64,000 nucleotides of DNA from Bacteroidota bacterium (GTDB taxonomy: Bacteria; Bacteroidota; Bacteroidia; Chitinophagales; Saprospiraceae). The notes under the pieces were generated by a model, which saw nothing but the letters and a program-made list of their open reading frames with translations, was not told the DNA's origin and did no database searches. The position numbers and the translations under genes were made by a program. Each line of letters starts with the position of its first letter. The first letter of the stretch is position 1. This document shows positions 34,300 through 43,995 of the stretch, one piece after another. The stretch covers positions 38,755 through 102,754 of the forward strand of contig JBJOPA010000264.1 of assembly GCA_046051005.1 (NCBI GenBank), in the 5' to 3' direction.

Positions 34300-35505
34300 T
34301 TATTTTTTGTTGAAAAAACCGACGCTTGCGCCCACCCAATCTTTGTTTTTGTTGTAGCGAACGCCCGTCATTTCGCCCTTGCTGAGGCGAATCAAATTGT
34401 TGACCAAACGCGGACGCGCCCAATCTTTTTGCCAAACCATGAGCATTCGGATTTCGATTTTTGAAGGCTCGTGCGGCACGCTCAACGTTTCGAGTGCGGA
34501 AACATATTTTACTTTTTCTTGCAAAATATAATTTGTCGGGTCTTCGACGTTGTCAATATCTTGTTTCGTTACGTTGATAACTACGCCTTGTCCAGAAAAT
34601 GAAAAAAGTGGTTTGAGAACATAATTCTCCAAATCCTTTGGCATTTCTTTCAAATCTTTGAGAAAAAAAGTTTTTGGAACAAATGCGCCGCCCAAAAATG
34701 GCATCGTATATTTTGAAATTCGGAAAAACCAGTTTGGGTGTCCCGCCCATTCCACGTTGAGGTCGTCGGTGAAATTGAAACTGCGTTTGAGGTCGGGTCG
34801 GCGGTCGAGTTCATCAAAAATGACCCGATTATAGATGCGATGAATCGCCGTCAAGCGTCCTTTGTCGTTTCGATAAAACAAATTTTTTCCTTCTTTGATG
34901 ACTTGCGACAGGCAAATTGTCTTTACGCCCAACAATTGCGAGGTTCCCCAAAAATCAATTTGCGTGCTTTGCAAATGCGGTTCGACCTCCAACAAGACCA
35001 CATTTTCGGGTTTTTGGTTGCCAACAATGGTCTCGCGGAGCAATTTTATGTACCCCCCAGTATCCAAGCCCCCAAAAAGGTGCGTCATGTTTTTTGGGAC
35101 GGAAAAATGTTTTTTAAATTCTTGAGCCAACAAATGTTGAAAAAAATAGAGCGACGGAAAGCCTTGTAACTCAATCAATTTTGGCATCAATGTGCCGTCT
35201 GCGGCTTCGCAAACGCCAAAATCTATGACTAAAAATTGGGTATGTTCGTCTTCATTCGGCACAAAATGTTCGGGACGAATGGCGGCATCGGTCATTTTTT
35301 TAAAATCGGGTCGCACCAAAACGTCGGTGATGTCATCGCACGCCTGCACGAGTTGGTCTCGAAAAGCATCGGGAATGAAAACGGGCGTTTCGGAAAGCCG
35401 AAAATTGGGTGTATTTTGATACGCCTCCGTAACAGATTTCAAAAATGCTTGATATTTTTGGTCAGAAAACTGTTGATTATATTTTTCTCTAATTGATTTT
35501 ATCAT
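34300..35505 (-). CDS. hypothetical protein, possibly a circularly permuted ATP-grasp-like enzyme
   Basis: 401-aa ORF. The segments KLIELQGFPSLYFF and YVLKPLFSFSGQGVVIN resemble ATP-grasp nucleotide-binding elements. The assignment is tentative. Confidence 0.4.
   Translation of the reverse strand: MIKSIREKYNQQFSDQKYQAFLKSVTEAYQNTPNFRLSETPVFIPDAFRDQLVQACDDITDVLVRPDFKKMTDAAIRPEHFVPNEDEHTQFLVIDFGVCEAADGTLMPKLIELQGFPSLYFFQHLLAQEFKKHFSVPKNMTHLFGGLDTGGYIKLLRETIVGNQKPENVVLLEVEPHLQSTQIDFWGTSQLLGVKTICLSQVIKEGKNLFYRNDKGRLTAIHRIYNRVIFDELDRRPDLKRSFNFTDDLNVEWAGHPNWFFRISKYTMPFLGGAFVPKTFFLKDLKEMPKDLENYVLKPLFSFSGQGVVINVTKQDIDNVEDPTNYILQEKVKYVSALETLSVPHEPSKIEIRMLMVWQKDWARPRLVNNLIRLSKGEMTGVRYNKNKDWVGASVGFFNKK
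35053..35063 (+). repeat. CAGTAT-box copy 28 inside ORF 34300..35505
   Basis: GTACCCCCCAGTATCCAAGCCCCCAAAAAGG includes the spacer-like CCAAGCC flank. On the coding strand it reads GGLDTGGYI. Confidence 0.85.
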
Positions 35506-35635
35506 TTGACAATCGTTGATTTTTGTTTTTGAAAAATGGGGACTTCACGTGGAATGGGCGTGCAAATTTAAATCAATTTAGATAGAGAATTATTTTTTTT
35601 ATTTTTTTTATTGTTGAATGGGTTAAAAATTTTGA

Positions 35636-35668
35636 AATTTCCCCTTTTTGATGGGATTTAGGGTGGCT
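35636..35668 (+). repeat. Family-2 repeat, degenerate copy f
   Basis: TTTCCCCTTTTTGATGGGATTTAGGGTGGC, directly upstream of CAGTAT-box copy 29. Confidence 0.4.
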
Positions 35669-35669
35669 T

Positions 35670-35680
35670 ATACTGGGGGG
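35670..35680 (-). repeat. CAGTAT-box copy 29, intergenic
   Basis: TTATACTGGGGGGTAGCATTTTTT, preceded by a degenerate family-2 repeat. Confidence 0.9.
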
Positions 35681-35816
35681 TAGCATTTTTTAGAGAATAA
35701 TTTTTTTCTAATATTTTTTTTTGAAATTTTTTTAAAAAATGGACTCAAAAATTGAAAAAAAAGTAGGATTTGATAAAAAAAAAGTGCATTATTATTGAAA
35801 CTGATTAAAAAATAAA

Positions 35817-35824
35817 TAACTTTG
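35817..35824 (+). promoter_or_regulatory. -7 box TAACTTTG upstream of DUF4271-hemD
   Basis: TAnnTTTG match, about 116 nt before the TTG start at 35940. Confidence 0.4.
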
Positions 35825-35939
35825 CCGCAAATAACTAACCCAACTATTCAACAAAGCCTGCCGTGTGTGTATCGAACGGTTTTGATAAATATTTATTCCA
35901 ACTATTGTAAAAAGACTCGAAGAAGGCTAAACATCTGTA

Positions 35940-37247
35940 TTGAAAAAACAGCGATATTATATTTTGGAAAAGAAATTGAAAACTCCGTTTGAGGTAGGGT
36001 TTGCCTACCGTTTTTGTTGCATTTTGGTAGCATTGAGTTTGCCATTTTTGGCAACCCAAGCCCGTGCGCAAGCGGATTCTGTCAAAAAAACGCCACCTGC
36101 GGGTGTTCCTTCTGGCTTGCCCGGCGGTGAAAAATTGACGGTTCCTCCTATTTTTGTAGGTGATGTGGGGGCTACGCCTGCTCGTCGCGTTGCGCCGCGT
36201 CGGTTGACTTGGCAAGATTCGTTGCGCATGGTGACTGCCGCCGACTCAACGGCAAGACAAGTCATTGGCAATGCCACCCGTTCTCTGTATTCCGTAAAAC
36301 CCAAAGCGGGAGCAGTTGCGCCGCCGCCATTGCCCACACCGCCACCCGTACAAACGCCAAAAGATACGCCCAAACCTGCTGCGGTCGCGCCCATCGCGCC
36401 TGTCGCACCCCCAAAGTCCGATACAACTCGAAAAGATACGCTCGCAACGGTAAAAATAGATACGACACCGCGTGTCACAGCATCAGACAATCCGTTGGAA
36501 AAACTTTCGGCAGCAGCCACAAAAGATTCGTTAGAAAAAATGCAGGCGGATAGTTTGATTGCCGCAAATGCACCGCCATCGCTGTTTTCAAGAGAGATTT
36601 ACACACGCCACTTCTTGTTTTTCACGATGTTGGTCATGTTGATTATGATGGTGATTGCATTGCAAATGGGACGTGGCGTGGTCAGCAACGTCTATCAATC
36701 GCTCATCAACGACAGCACTTTGCGGCTGGTTTATCGCGACCAAATTGGTTGGGGAAATCTGGCATATTTGTCGCTGTATGTCTTGTTTTGGATTAATTTA
36801 GGTATTTTTATTTTCCTGACGCTCAATCAATGGGGCATTCAGACGGGGTTGGGACAAGGCTTGCGCATGTTGCTTTGCATCGGCGGCGTAGGGTTGGTTT
36901 ACTTCATCAAGCATTTGTTGTTATACGTCTTGGCGGCAATATTTCCTGTGGCAAAAGAAGTGAAATTGTATAATTTTATTATCATTATTACGGGAATTGT
37001 GATAGGTTTGGTGCTTGCGCCCGTCAATATTTTCATGTTGTTTGCATCGGATAGTTTGCGCCATATTTTGATTTATGTCGGCTTGGGAGCCATCGGTTTG
37101 ATGTATGTGGTTCGGGTGTTGCGCAGTTTTTTTGTCAATGCTTCGCTTTTATTGGATAACAAATTCCATTTTTTGTTGTACCTTTGCGCTGTCGAAATTG
37201 CCCCCGCTCTGATTTTAGTAAAATTTATTCTCAATCAGACGCGATAA
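35940..37247 (+). CDS. DUF4271-like polytopic membrane protein with a Pro-rich N-terminal region
   Basis: TTG start and signal peptide. A Pro/Ala-rich tract reads APPPLPTPPPVQTPKDTPKPAAVAPIAPVAPP. Six or more TM helices follow. It sits immediately upstream of hemD, as is typical for DUF4271 genes in Bacteroidota. Confidence 0.65.
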   Translation: MKKQRYYILEKKLKTPFEVGFAYRFCCILVALSLPFLATQARAQADSVKKTPPAGVPSGLPGGEKLTVPPIFVGDVGATPARRVAPRRLTWQDSLRMVTAADSTARQVIGNATRSLYSVKPKAGAVAPPPLPTPPPVQTPKDTPKPAAVAPIAPVAPPKSDTTRKDTLATVKIDTTPRVTASDNPLEKLSAAATKDSLEKMQADSLIAANAPPSLFSREIYTRHFLFFTMLVMLIMMVIALQMGRGVVSNVYQSLINDSTLRLVYRDQIGWGNLAYLSLYVLFWINLGIFIFLTLNQWGIQTGLGQGLRMLLCIGGVGLVYFIKHLLLYVLAAIFPVAKEVKLYNFIIIITGIVIGLVLAPVNIFMLFASDSLRHILIYVGLGAIGLMYVVRVLRSFFVNASLLLDNKFHFLLYLCAVEIAPALILVKFILNQTR

Positions 37248-37313
37248 GCAGTTTCGCAGACACTGATTCACAATCATCCGCGTATCCGTTTTTGAAAAAA
37301 CCTACGTTAATTC

Positions 37314-38102
37314 ATGTCAACGCAAGTGCAAGAAGAAATTCGATACAAACCTGTCAAAACGATTTTAGTTTCGCAGCCCGCGCCCGCCGCTGGGCAAAAA
37401 TCCCAATATGCCGATATTGAACAAAAATATGGTGTAAAGGTTGATTTTCGGGAATTCACACGTGTAGATAACGTGTTGGCGAAAGAAGTCCGCAAACAAA
37501 AAGTCAATCCTGCTGAATTTGGCTCTGTCATCTTGAACAGTCGCCATGCGGTGGATCATTTTTTCCGCATTTGCGGCGAAATGCGTATCAAAATGTCAGA
37601 AGATACGCGCTATTTTTGTATGACCGAAAATATTGCAAATTATTTGCAAAAGTTCATCGTCTATCGAAAAAGACGGGTCATCGCGGGGGTCAAAACCATT
37701 GAAGACTTGAAACCTTTTTTGATTAAATATAAAGATAAAGGAGAATATTTGATTCCATGCGGCAACGCAGGTGCGCGAGAAATTACGGCATTTATGCAAG
37801 CAAATTCCTTGAATTACAAAGAATGCGTCATGTTTGAAACCGTGAGTAGCGATTTGTCTGATTTGGCGGACATTACTTACGATGTGTTGGTATTTTTCAA
37901 TGCGCAAGGCATCAAATCGTTGTTCGATAATTTTCCAGATTTTAAACAAAACGAAACCCGTTTGGCGATTTTCGGAAAAACGACCGTTCAGGCGGTCAAA
38001 GAACACGAGGGATTGGTCATCAACATCGAAGCTCCGTTGCCCGACGTGCCGTCTATGAGCGTCGCATTGGAACGATATATAAAAATTGCCAATAAAGTAT
38101 AA
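37314..38102 (+). CDS. hemD: uroporphyrinogen-III synthase
   Basis: 262 aa with an HEM4-like two-lobe layout (ILVSQP..., ...VILNSRHAVDHFF..., ...LAIFGKTTVQAV). Conserved synteny with the upstream DUF4271 gene supports the call. Confidence 0.75.
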   Translation: MSTQVQEEIRYKPVKTILVSQPAPAAGQKSQYADIEQKYGVKVDFREFTRVDNVLAKEVRKQKVNPAEFGSVILNSRHAVDHFFRICGEMRIKMSEDTRYFCMTENIANYLQKFIVYRKRRVIAGVKTIEDLKPFLIKYKDKGEYLIPCGNAGAREITAFMQANSLNYKECVMFETVSSDLSDLADITYDVLVFFNAQGIKSLFDNFPDFKQNETRLAIFGKTTVQAVKEHEGLVINIEAPLPDVPSMSVALERYIKIANKV

Positions 38103-38117
38103 AACCATTATTGGTTC

Positions 38118-38167
38118 AAAAAAAAGTTGTGAATAAGCAAATATTTGTTTATTCACAACTTTTTTTT
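38118..38167 (+). terminator. hemD terminator
   Basis: AGTTGTGAATAA ... TTATTCACAACT, flanked by A8 and T9. Confidence 0.8.
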
Positions 38168-38173
38168 GCTTTT

Positions 38174-38187
38174 ATACTGGGGGGGGG
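38174..38187 (-). repeat. CAGTAT-box copy 30 (ATACTG9 + CATTTTTT), intergenic
   Basis: It lies immediately after the hemD terminator hairpin. Confidence 0.9.
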
Positions 38188-38232
38188 CATTTTTTATATT
38201 AATTTTGTCCATAAAAAAATATTTTAATAAAA

Positions 38233-40737
38233 ATGAAAAAGACCTTTACTAACTATTTCTATATTTTCCTGTTTTTATCGGTTTCATCAACCGTAAAATC
38301 GCAAGATATTGTCCATAAAAAATTAGAAGCAACGCAACTTTTGAGCGAAGAGCGCATCAAAATTGACGGAAAATTGGACGAATCCGCTTGGCTACGCGCA
38401 CAACCCACCGACCAATTTTTAGAATTTGAACCAACGCCTTTTCAAAAAACCGTTTCGCCGTCCGAAGTTCGGGTGGCTTACAACAATCGGGCAATTTACA
38501 TCGCTGCCAAATTGTTTGATGCGCACCCCGACAGCGTGATGCGCCAACTGACTCCACGCGACAAAACGGGTCAAACCGACCTTTTTGGCGTAACGATTGA
38601 TGCCTATCAAGACGGACAAAATTCGGTAAATTTTTTCGTAACGGCAGCAGGCGTTCAGTTAGACAGCAAATATTACGGCGGCTCGACGGCGGGTGAAGAT
38701 TTTTCTTGGTCGGCGGTTTGGTCAAGCGCAGTGTCGTTTGGAGCCGACGGTTGGACGGCGGAGTTTGAAATCCCATATTCCGCGCTTCGTTTTCCCGTTT
38801 CTGAAGTGCAAAATTGGCGCATCAACTTCATTCGACAAAACAAGCGTTTTCGTACCATCGAAGTTTGGAATCCGACGCGCCCCGATTTGCAAAGTTTTGT
38901 AGCACAATACGGCGATTTGACGGGCATAAAAGGCATAAAACCGCCCATTCGCTTGCAGGCAACGCCATTTTTGGCAACTTATGCGAACAATACGTATGAT
39001 AAAAAATCAAATCCAAAATCGGATTGGCAAACTTCCATAAGTGGCGGTTTGGACATCAAATACGGTCTCAACGACGCTTTTACGTTGGACATGACGCTGA
39101 TTCCAGATTTTGGGCAAGTCCAATTTGACCAAAAAGTATTGAATTTGTCGCCTTTTGAAATTCGTTTCGACGAAAATCGTCCATTTTTTACCGAAGGTGT
39201 AGAACTTTTTAACAAAGCAAATTTTTTCTACTCGCGGCGCGTAGGCGGACGATTGTTGTATTATAACAAGGCTTACAATAATCTTGGAAAGGGCGAAACT
39301 GTGACCTCGAACCCCGACCAAGCACAACTTTACAACGCCACCAAAATTTCAGGTCGCACCCGCAAGGGCTTGGGCGTGGGATTTTTCAACGCAACGGCTG
39401 CGCCGACTTTTGCTAAAATTGACGACATCGAAACGGGCAATTCGCGTCGATTTTTGACCAATCCGTTGACCAATTATAACGTCGTTTCTTTCGACCAAAA
39501 TTTGCCCAACAACTCGTCCATCACGCTTCAAAATACCAATGTTTGGCGCGAAGGGAACGATTATGAAGCCAACACAACGGGCGTTATTTTCAATTTGCGC
39601 GACAAACCCAATCAGTTTTCGTTGAGTGGAAGACTCGGATTGAGCCAAAAATATTTTAAAGACAGTGCCGATTTTGGGCAAAATGTGTTCTTGCGGGTCG
39701 CTAAAATCAGTGGAATTTGGCAACATTCGTTGGCGTACAGCCTCGAATCTGACCGATACGACATCAATGATTTGGGCTTTTTACAAGCACCAAATGAAAG
39801 TAATTTTACATGGACATCTAGTTTCACGCAATACAAACCCAAAGGTATTTTTAATAGATATAATATTTCTTTCGTTTCTGAATATCGTTCGCTTTACCGT
39901 CCAAATGTGTATGACGAATTTAATATTGCTTGCAATTCGTTCTTTTTGACGAAAAAAATACTTGCCTTTGGTTGGAATTTGGAGTATTTGCCCTTCAATA
40001 AAAATGATTATTTCGAGCCGCGCAACAACTTTAAGTCTTTTTTCAAAAATCAAGAATTGCTGAACGTGGGCGGTTTTATTTCTACGGATTGGCGAAAAAA
40101 ATATGCGATAGATGTGAATACGTCTTTCCGATTTTTCAGTGATTCTTCGATGTTTCGTTGGCGGGTGTCGGTCAGTCCGCGCCTTCGATTTGGCGACAAA
40201 GCGTATTTGGTTTGGAACATCGAAACCCTCAATCAGTGGGGCGAGGCGGGTTTTGTGAACAAAAAACAGGTGTCGAATGGCTATGAATCGGTCAAAAATG
40301 ATATTTTATTTGGCAGACGTGACCAATTTTCTGTTTCCAATGCGCCTTTGTTGACTTGGAATTTCAACAAAAACACCAGTTTCACCTTTCGTTTGCGGCA
40401 TTACTGGGCGCAAGTGCGTTACAAAAGTTTTGAAACCTTGCAACGCGATGGAAGTTTAAAAAAATCTGAATATGATGGGCAATTTATGGGCATTTCGCAA
40501 CACGACGAACGGTACACGTCTTTCACGATTGACGCGGGCGTGTTGTGGCGTTTTGCACCGGGCAGCGATTTGTCGGTAGTTTGGAAAAATGCCATTAACA
40601 ACAGCGACGGCAGCGTGCGGCGAAATTATTTTTCAGACGCAGAAGATTTGTTCAATCATGCGCAGCAAAATAGTTTGTCCGTCAAAATGATTTATTTTTT
40701 GGATTATGCGTTGTTGCGTCCGTCAAAAAATAAGTAA
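38233..40737 (+). CDS. CBM9-like / DUF5916-type outer-membrane-associated protein
   Basis: Signal peptide. The N-terminal KIDGKLDESAWLRAQP... is typical of the CBM9-like domain. The ~600-aa beta-rich C-terminus ends in aromatic residues. Confidence 0.6.
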   Translation: MKKTFTNYFYIFLFLSVSSTVKSQDIVHKKLEATQLLSEERIKIDGKLDESAWLRAQPTDQFLEFEPTPFQKTVSPSEVRVAYNNRAIYIAAKLFDAHPDSVMRQLTPRDKTGQTDLFGVTIDAYQDGQNSVNFFVTAAGVQLDSKYYGGSTAGEDFSWSAVWSSAVSFGADGWTAEFEIPYSALRFPVSEVQNWRINFIRQNKRFRTIEVWNPTRPDLQSFVAQYGDLTGIKGIKPPIRLQATPFLATYANNTYDKKSNPKSDWQTSISGGLDIKYGLNDAFTLDMTLIPDFGQVQFDQKVLNLSPFEIRFDENRPFFTEGVELFNKANFFYSRRVGGRLLYYNKAYNNLGKGETVTSNPDQAQLYNATKISGRTRKGLGVGFFNATAAPTFAKIDDIETGNSRRFLTNPLTNYNVVSFDQNLPNNSSITLQNTNVWREGNDYEANTTGVIFNLRDKPNQFSLSGRLGLSQKYFKDSADFGQNVFLRVAKISGIWQHSLAYSLESDRYDINDLGFLQAPNESNFTWTSSFTQYKPKGIFNRYNISFVSEYRSLYRPNVYDEFNIACNSFFLTKKILAFGWNLEYLPFNKNDYFEPRNNFKSFFKNQELLNVGGFISTDWRKKYAIDVNTSFRFFSDSSMFRWRVSVSPRLRFGDKAYLVWNIETLNQWGEAGFVNKKQVSNGYESVKNDILFGRRDQFSVSNAPLLTWNFNKNTSFTFRLRHYWAQVRYKSFETLQRDGSLKKSEYDGQFMGISQHDERYTSFTIDAGVLWRFAPGSDLSVVWKNAINNSDGSVRRNYFSDAEDLFNHAQQNSLSVKMIYFLDYALLRPSKNK

Positions 40738-40775
40738 TTATAAAATAATTATAATTTAAAATAAAAAATATAAAT

Positions 40776-40818
40776 AAAAAAGCTAAAAATGAAAGTTACT
40801 TTCATTTTTAGCTTTTTT
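40776..40818 (+). terminator. Terminator of gene 38233..40737
   Basis: AGCTAAAAATGAAAGT / ACTTTCATTTTTAGCT, followed by TTTTT. Confidence 0.8.
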
Positions 40819-40831
40819 ATTCAAAAACATG

Positions 40832-40845
40832 CCCCCCCCCAGTAT
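40832..40845 (+). repeat. CAGTAT-box copy 31 (C9AGTAT), intergenic
   Basis: CAAAAACATGCCCCCCCCCAGTATAT. It lies just after the terminator hairpin of gene 38233..40737. Confidence 0.9.
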
Positions 40846-40866
40846 ATTGGGCATTTTTGGGCGTTT

Positions 40867-41460
40867 TTATTGCATTGAAACGTCTCTTTCTTCGGCAAGA
40901 CGGCGCATGTTGAGCAGCGCGTAGCGCATACGACCCAATGCCGTGTTGATGCTGACACGTGTCAATTGCGAAATTTCCTTGAAACTCATGTCCGCATAAT
41001 GGCGCAAAACGACGACTTCGCGTTGTTCGGGCGGCAAGGAATCAATGAGGCGGCGCACGCGGTTGTGCGTTTCGGAGCGCATCATGGACTGGTCAACCCC
41101 TTCATCGCTGTATTTGATGAAGTTGAAAACGTCATAATCATCGGTCGGATTGACGGTCGGACGGCGTTTGTCGCGTCTGAAATTATCTACACAATGGTTG
41201 TGCGCAATGCGCAATGCCCACTGCAAAAATTTTCCCTCGTGGTTGTAACGACCCGAGCGCAAAGTATTGACGATTTTGATGAAGACTTCTTGAAAAATAT
41301 CTTCCGCCTGCGCTTCGTCGCGCACGAAAAGATAAATGGCGGTGTAGATGCGCGCCTTGTGGCGGCGGAGCAATTCTGCAAATGCTTTTTCATTACCGTC
41401 CAAATAAGCATAAATCAGCTCTTGGTCACTTAGTACCGAAACTTTTACTGTAGGTTGCAT
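40867..41460 (-). CDS. ECF-type RNA polymerase sigma-70 family factor
   Basis: Region 2 reads EDIFQEVFIKI...WALRIAHNHCVDNFRRDKR. Region 4 reads LPPEQREVVVLRHYADMSFKEISQLTRVSINTALGRMRYA. Confidence 0.88.
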   Translation of the reverse strand: MQPTVKVSVLSDQELIYAYLDGNEKAFAELLRRHKARIYTAIYLFVRDEAQAEDIFQEVFIKIVNTLRSGRYNHEGKFLQWALRIAHNHCVDNFRRDKRRPTVNPTDDYDVFNFIKYSDEGVDQSMMRSETHNRVRRLIDSLPPEQREVVVLRHYADMSFKEISQLTRVSINTALGRMRYALLNMRRLAEERDVSMQ

Positions 41461-41916
41461 GGCAAAACAGATTTAAAGCACCCGTCCAAAAAATAATTAA
41501 TTATTTTTCTCGGAAAGATGCTGGCTTAAAAAATTAGATGATTAAGCCTGATTTGTCAGTTATTAAATGCGAATCAGTGTAAAAATTTTGATACGATAGG
41601 CAATAAAAAAATTTAAAAAATTTAAAAAAAGATTAACGAAATTAAATTTTGCAGAATTGAAAGAAAACTAAATTGTTTTGTTTTACTTTCTAATTATGTG
41701 TCAAAGATAGCACCAAAGTTTTGATTCCACCAAATTTTTGCCTCATTTTTTTGATATTTTTTTTCCCAAAAACCTTTTTTTAACTTTTTTTTAACTAAAA
41801 CAGAACAATAAATCTACTTTGTTAGGAAAAATTTAATATTTTCTTGTCCATTTTTGGAAAGATTTTTTTTAGAAAAATTCTAATTCAGATTATGAAAGAA
41901 AAAGAATAAAAATAAA

Positions 41917-41924
41917 TACCTTTG
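41917..41924 (+). promoter_or_regulatory. -7 box TACCTTTG upstream of the M23 peptidase gene
   Basis: TAnnTTTG match, about 80 nt before the ATG at 42005. Confidence 0.45.
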
Positions 41925-41939
41925 CTTCAAAAATAGCCA

Positions 41940-41950
41940 CCCCCCAGTAT
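41940..41950 (+). repeat. CAGTAT-box copy 32, intergenic
   Basis: AAAATAGCCACCCCCCAGTATAT, between the -7 box and the start of the M23 peptidase gene. Confidence 0.9.
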
Positions 41951-42004
41951 ATCGGCTGTTTTTTCAAGAAAAAAGACGTTTTTTAAAAAAATATATTGAA
42001 GAAA

Positions 42005-43843
42005 ATGAAACACTTCCCTACATTTCTGACTGTTTGCGCGGCGGCTGCGCTTTTTTTGTCTTTCGACAATCCGAAAAAAGCGGTGCGCGACTATCCAAAA
42101 GATTTTTTTCAAAGTCCCGTTCCGCATAGCGTCAGCATTTCGGGTTCGTTTGGCGAGCTGCGTCCCAACCATTTTCATTCGGGAATTGACATTCGCCCCG
42201 CGAGTTCGGGCGTGACGGAACCGATTTTGGCGGCGGGCGATGGCTACGTTTCGCGCATCAAAATTGCGCCGTCGGGCTACGGAAATGCGCTCTACATCAC
42301 GCATCCCAACGGCTATGTCACCGTCTATGGGCATCTCGACCGCTACGCGACGGCGATTCAAGAATATGCACGAAAAAAACAATACGAACAAGAGTCTTTT
42401 GAGGTTGACCTCACGCCCGCGCCCAACGAATTGCCCGTTTCCAAAGGGCAACAAGTGGCGATGATGGGAAATACAGGGCATTCGTTTGGCATGCACCTAC
42501 ATTTCGAGATTCGAGATGCCGCGACCGAAGAAACCGTCAACCCGTTTTTATTTGGCATTTCGCCTGCCGACCACATCGCGCCGTCCATGCAATCGTTGAA
42601 AATTTATTTGCTCAACGAAAAAAATGAAGTCACGGGCAGCCAATTTGCCAGCGTCCGAAAAACAAGCGGCAATCAATATACAATTGATGGAAATTTATTA
42701 AGTTTAAATGCTGCGAAAGTGGCTTTTGCCCTCAAAACTTTTGACCGACACGATGGCGATAGCGGCGAAAATGGCGTTTTCAGCATCGAAACACAGCGCG
42801 ATGACCAAACCATTCATCGCTTTGTGGCGGAAAGATTTAGTTTTTCTGAAACCCGTTACATCAATGCACACCTTGATTTTCAAGAACAAAATAGCCGAAA
42901 AGCCTTGCTCAATCGCTTGTGGAGACTGCCCGGAAATCAACTTTCGATGTACGAATCGGAAGTCAATGCGGGTATCGTTGACCTTTCGGCTACGCCCGCT
43001 CGCATGCACGTGACCGCTCGCGATGTCGCAGGAAATGCCGCTACGCTCGATTTTCAAGTTGCGTCTTCTGGAAATGGCATTTCATTGCCCCCCCCCAGTA
43101 ATTATCAATATTTGTTGCCCGTAAACGAAGAAAGTATTGTAAAAATTGAAGGTGCGACAATTTATTTTCCTAAAAATGCTTTATACGAAAATTTATATTT
43201 AAAACTTACTGCCACCAATAATGTGGGAAGTTCTAATACGTTTTCGCAAACGATTCATGTTCACGACGTGCTTACGCCCGTTCACGCGCCGTTTAAAATT
43301 GGACTTCGTGCCGATAATTTGCCGCCCGAACTGCAATCGAAGGCATTTATCGGTTATTGTCGCCGCAGCGATGGAAATATTTATACCATCGGCGGAAAAT
43401 TTGATGCCGCAACAGGTTTATGGACGGGGCAATCTGACAAATTTGGAAATTTTTGCGTCATGACCGACCAAATTGCGCCGCGTGTACAAACCCTCAATTT
43501 GCCCGAAAAAATTAATTCAGAAAATGGACGAATTTCTTTTAAAATAAATGACAATTTTGAAGCGATGGGAGCCGAAGCATCGAACCTGAAATTTCGAGCG
43601 ACGATTGATGAGGATTGGATTTTGATGGAATATGAACAAAAAAGTGATATGATTTGGCACAAGTTTTCAGGTGATATTGCGGACGGGAAACATCGTTTCA
43701 AATTGGTGGTGACCGACCCATGCGGCAATGAAACGGTGATTGAGAAGGAAATTGAATTAGATGACGATGTCCACGCAACGGTCAAAAAAGCATCGAAACC
43801 TAGTAAAAAATCATCAAAACCTACAAAAAAGAAGAAAAAATAA
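42005..43843 (+). CDS. M23-family metallopeptidase with a large C-terminal extension and a Lys-rich tail
   Basis: HFHSGIDIR and MGNTGHSFGMHLHFEI are the HxxxD / HxH zinc ligands. Signal peptide present. I chose the ATG at 42005; the ORF track starts at a TTG at 41996. Confidence 0.85.
   Translation: MKHFPTFLTVCAAAALFLSFDNPKKAVRDYPKDFFQSPVPHSVSISGSFGELRPNHFHSGIDIRPASSGVTEPILAAGDGYVSRIKIAPSGYGNALYITHPNGYVTVYGHLDRYATAIQEYARKKQYEQESFEVDLTPAPNELPVSKGQQVAMMGNTGHSFGMHLHFEIRDAATEETVNPFLFGISPADHIAPSMQSLKIYLLNEKNEVTGSQFASVRKTSGNQYTIDGNLLSLNAAKVAFALKTFDRHDGDSGENGVFSIETQRDDQTIHRFVAERFSFSETRYINAHLDFQEQNSRKALLNRLWRLPGNQLSMYESEVNAGIVDLSATPARMHVTARDVAGNAATLDFQVASSGNGISLPPPSNYQYLLPVNEESIVKIEGATIYFPKNALYENLYLKLTATNNVGSSNTFSQTIHVHDVLTPVHAPFKIGLRADNLPPELQSKAFIGYCRRSDGNIYTIGGKFDAATGLWTGQSDKFGNFCVMTDQIAPRVQTLNLPEKINSENGRISFKINDNFEAMGAEASNLKFRATIDEDWILMEYEQKSDMIWHKFSGDIADGKHRFKLVVTDPCGNETVIEKEIELDDDVHATVKKASKPSKKSSKPTKKKKK
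43088..43100 (+). repeat. Variant copy 33 (C9AGTAaT) inside the M23 peptidase gene
   Basis: TTGCCCCCCCCCAGTAATTAT, read as LPPPSNY. The last core position differs. Confidence 0.5.
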
Positions 43844-43845
43844 TC

Positions 43846-43911
43846 AAAAAATATTACCCCCCAGTATAAAACCCCAAAAAAGCGGAAATATACTGGGGGG
43901 TATCATTTTTT
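43846..43911. repeat. CAGTAT-box palindromic pair (copies 34 and 35)
   Basis: AAAAAATATTACCCCCCAGTAT (43846-43867), a 22-nt spacer, then ATACTGGGGGGTATCATTTTTT (43890-43911). It starts 3 nt after the M23 stop and is followed by a separate canonical hairpin at 43933-43977. Confidence 0.9.
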
Positions 43912-43932
43912 AGGAAAAAAAGGTTTTTTTAT

Positions 43933-43977
43933 AAAAAATTAAGCGACCATTGATGTTTCAATAGTCGCTTAATTTTT
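43933..43977. terminator. Bidirectional terminator between the M23 peptidase and CHU_C genes
   Basis: AAAAATTAAGCGAC ... GTCGCTTAATTTTT. Confidence 0.8.
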
Positions 43978-43995
43978 ATAATATTTTTTGAAAAA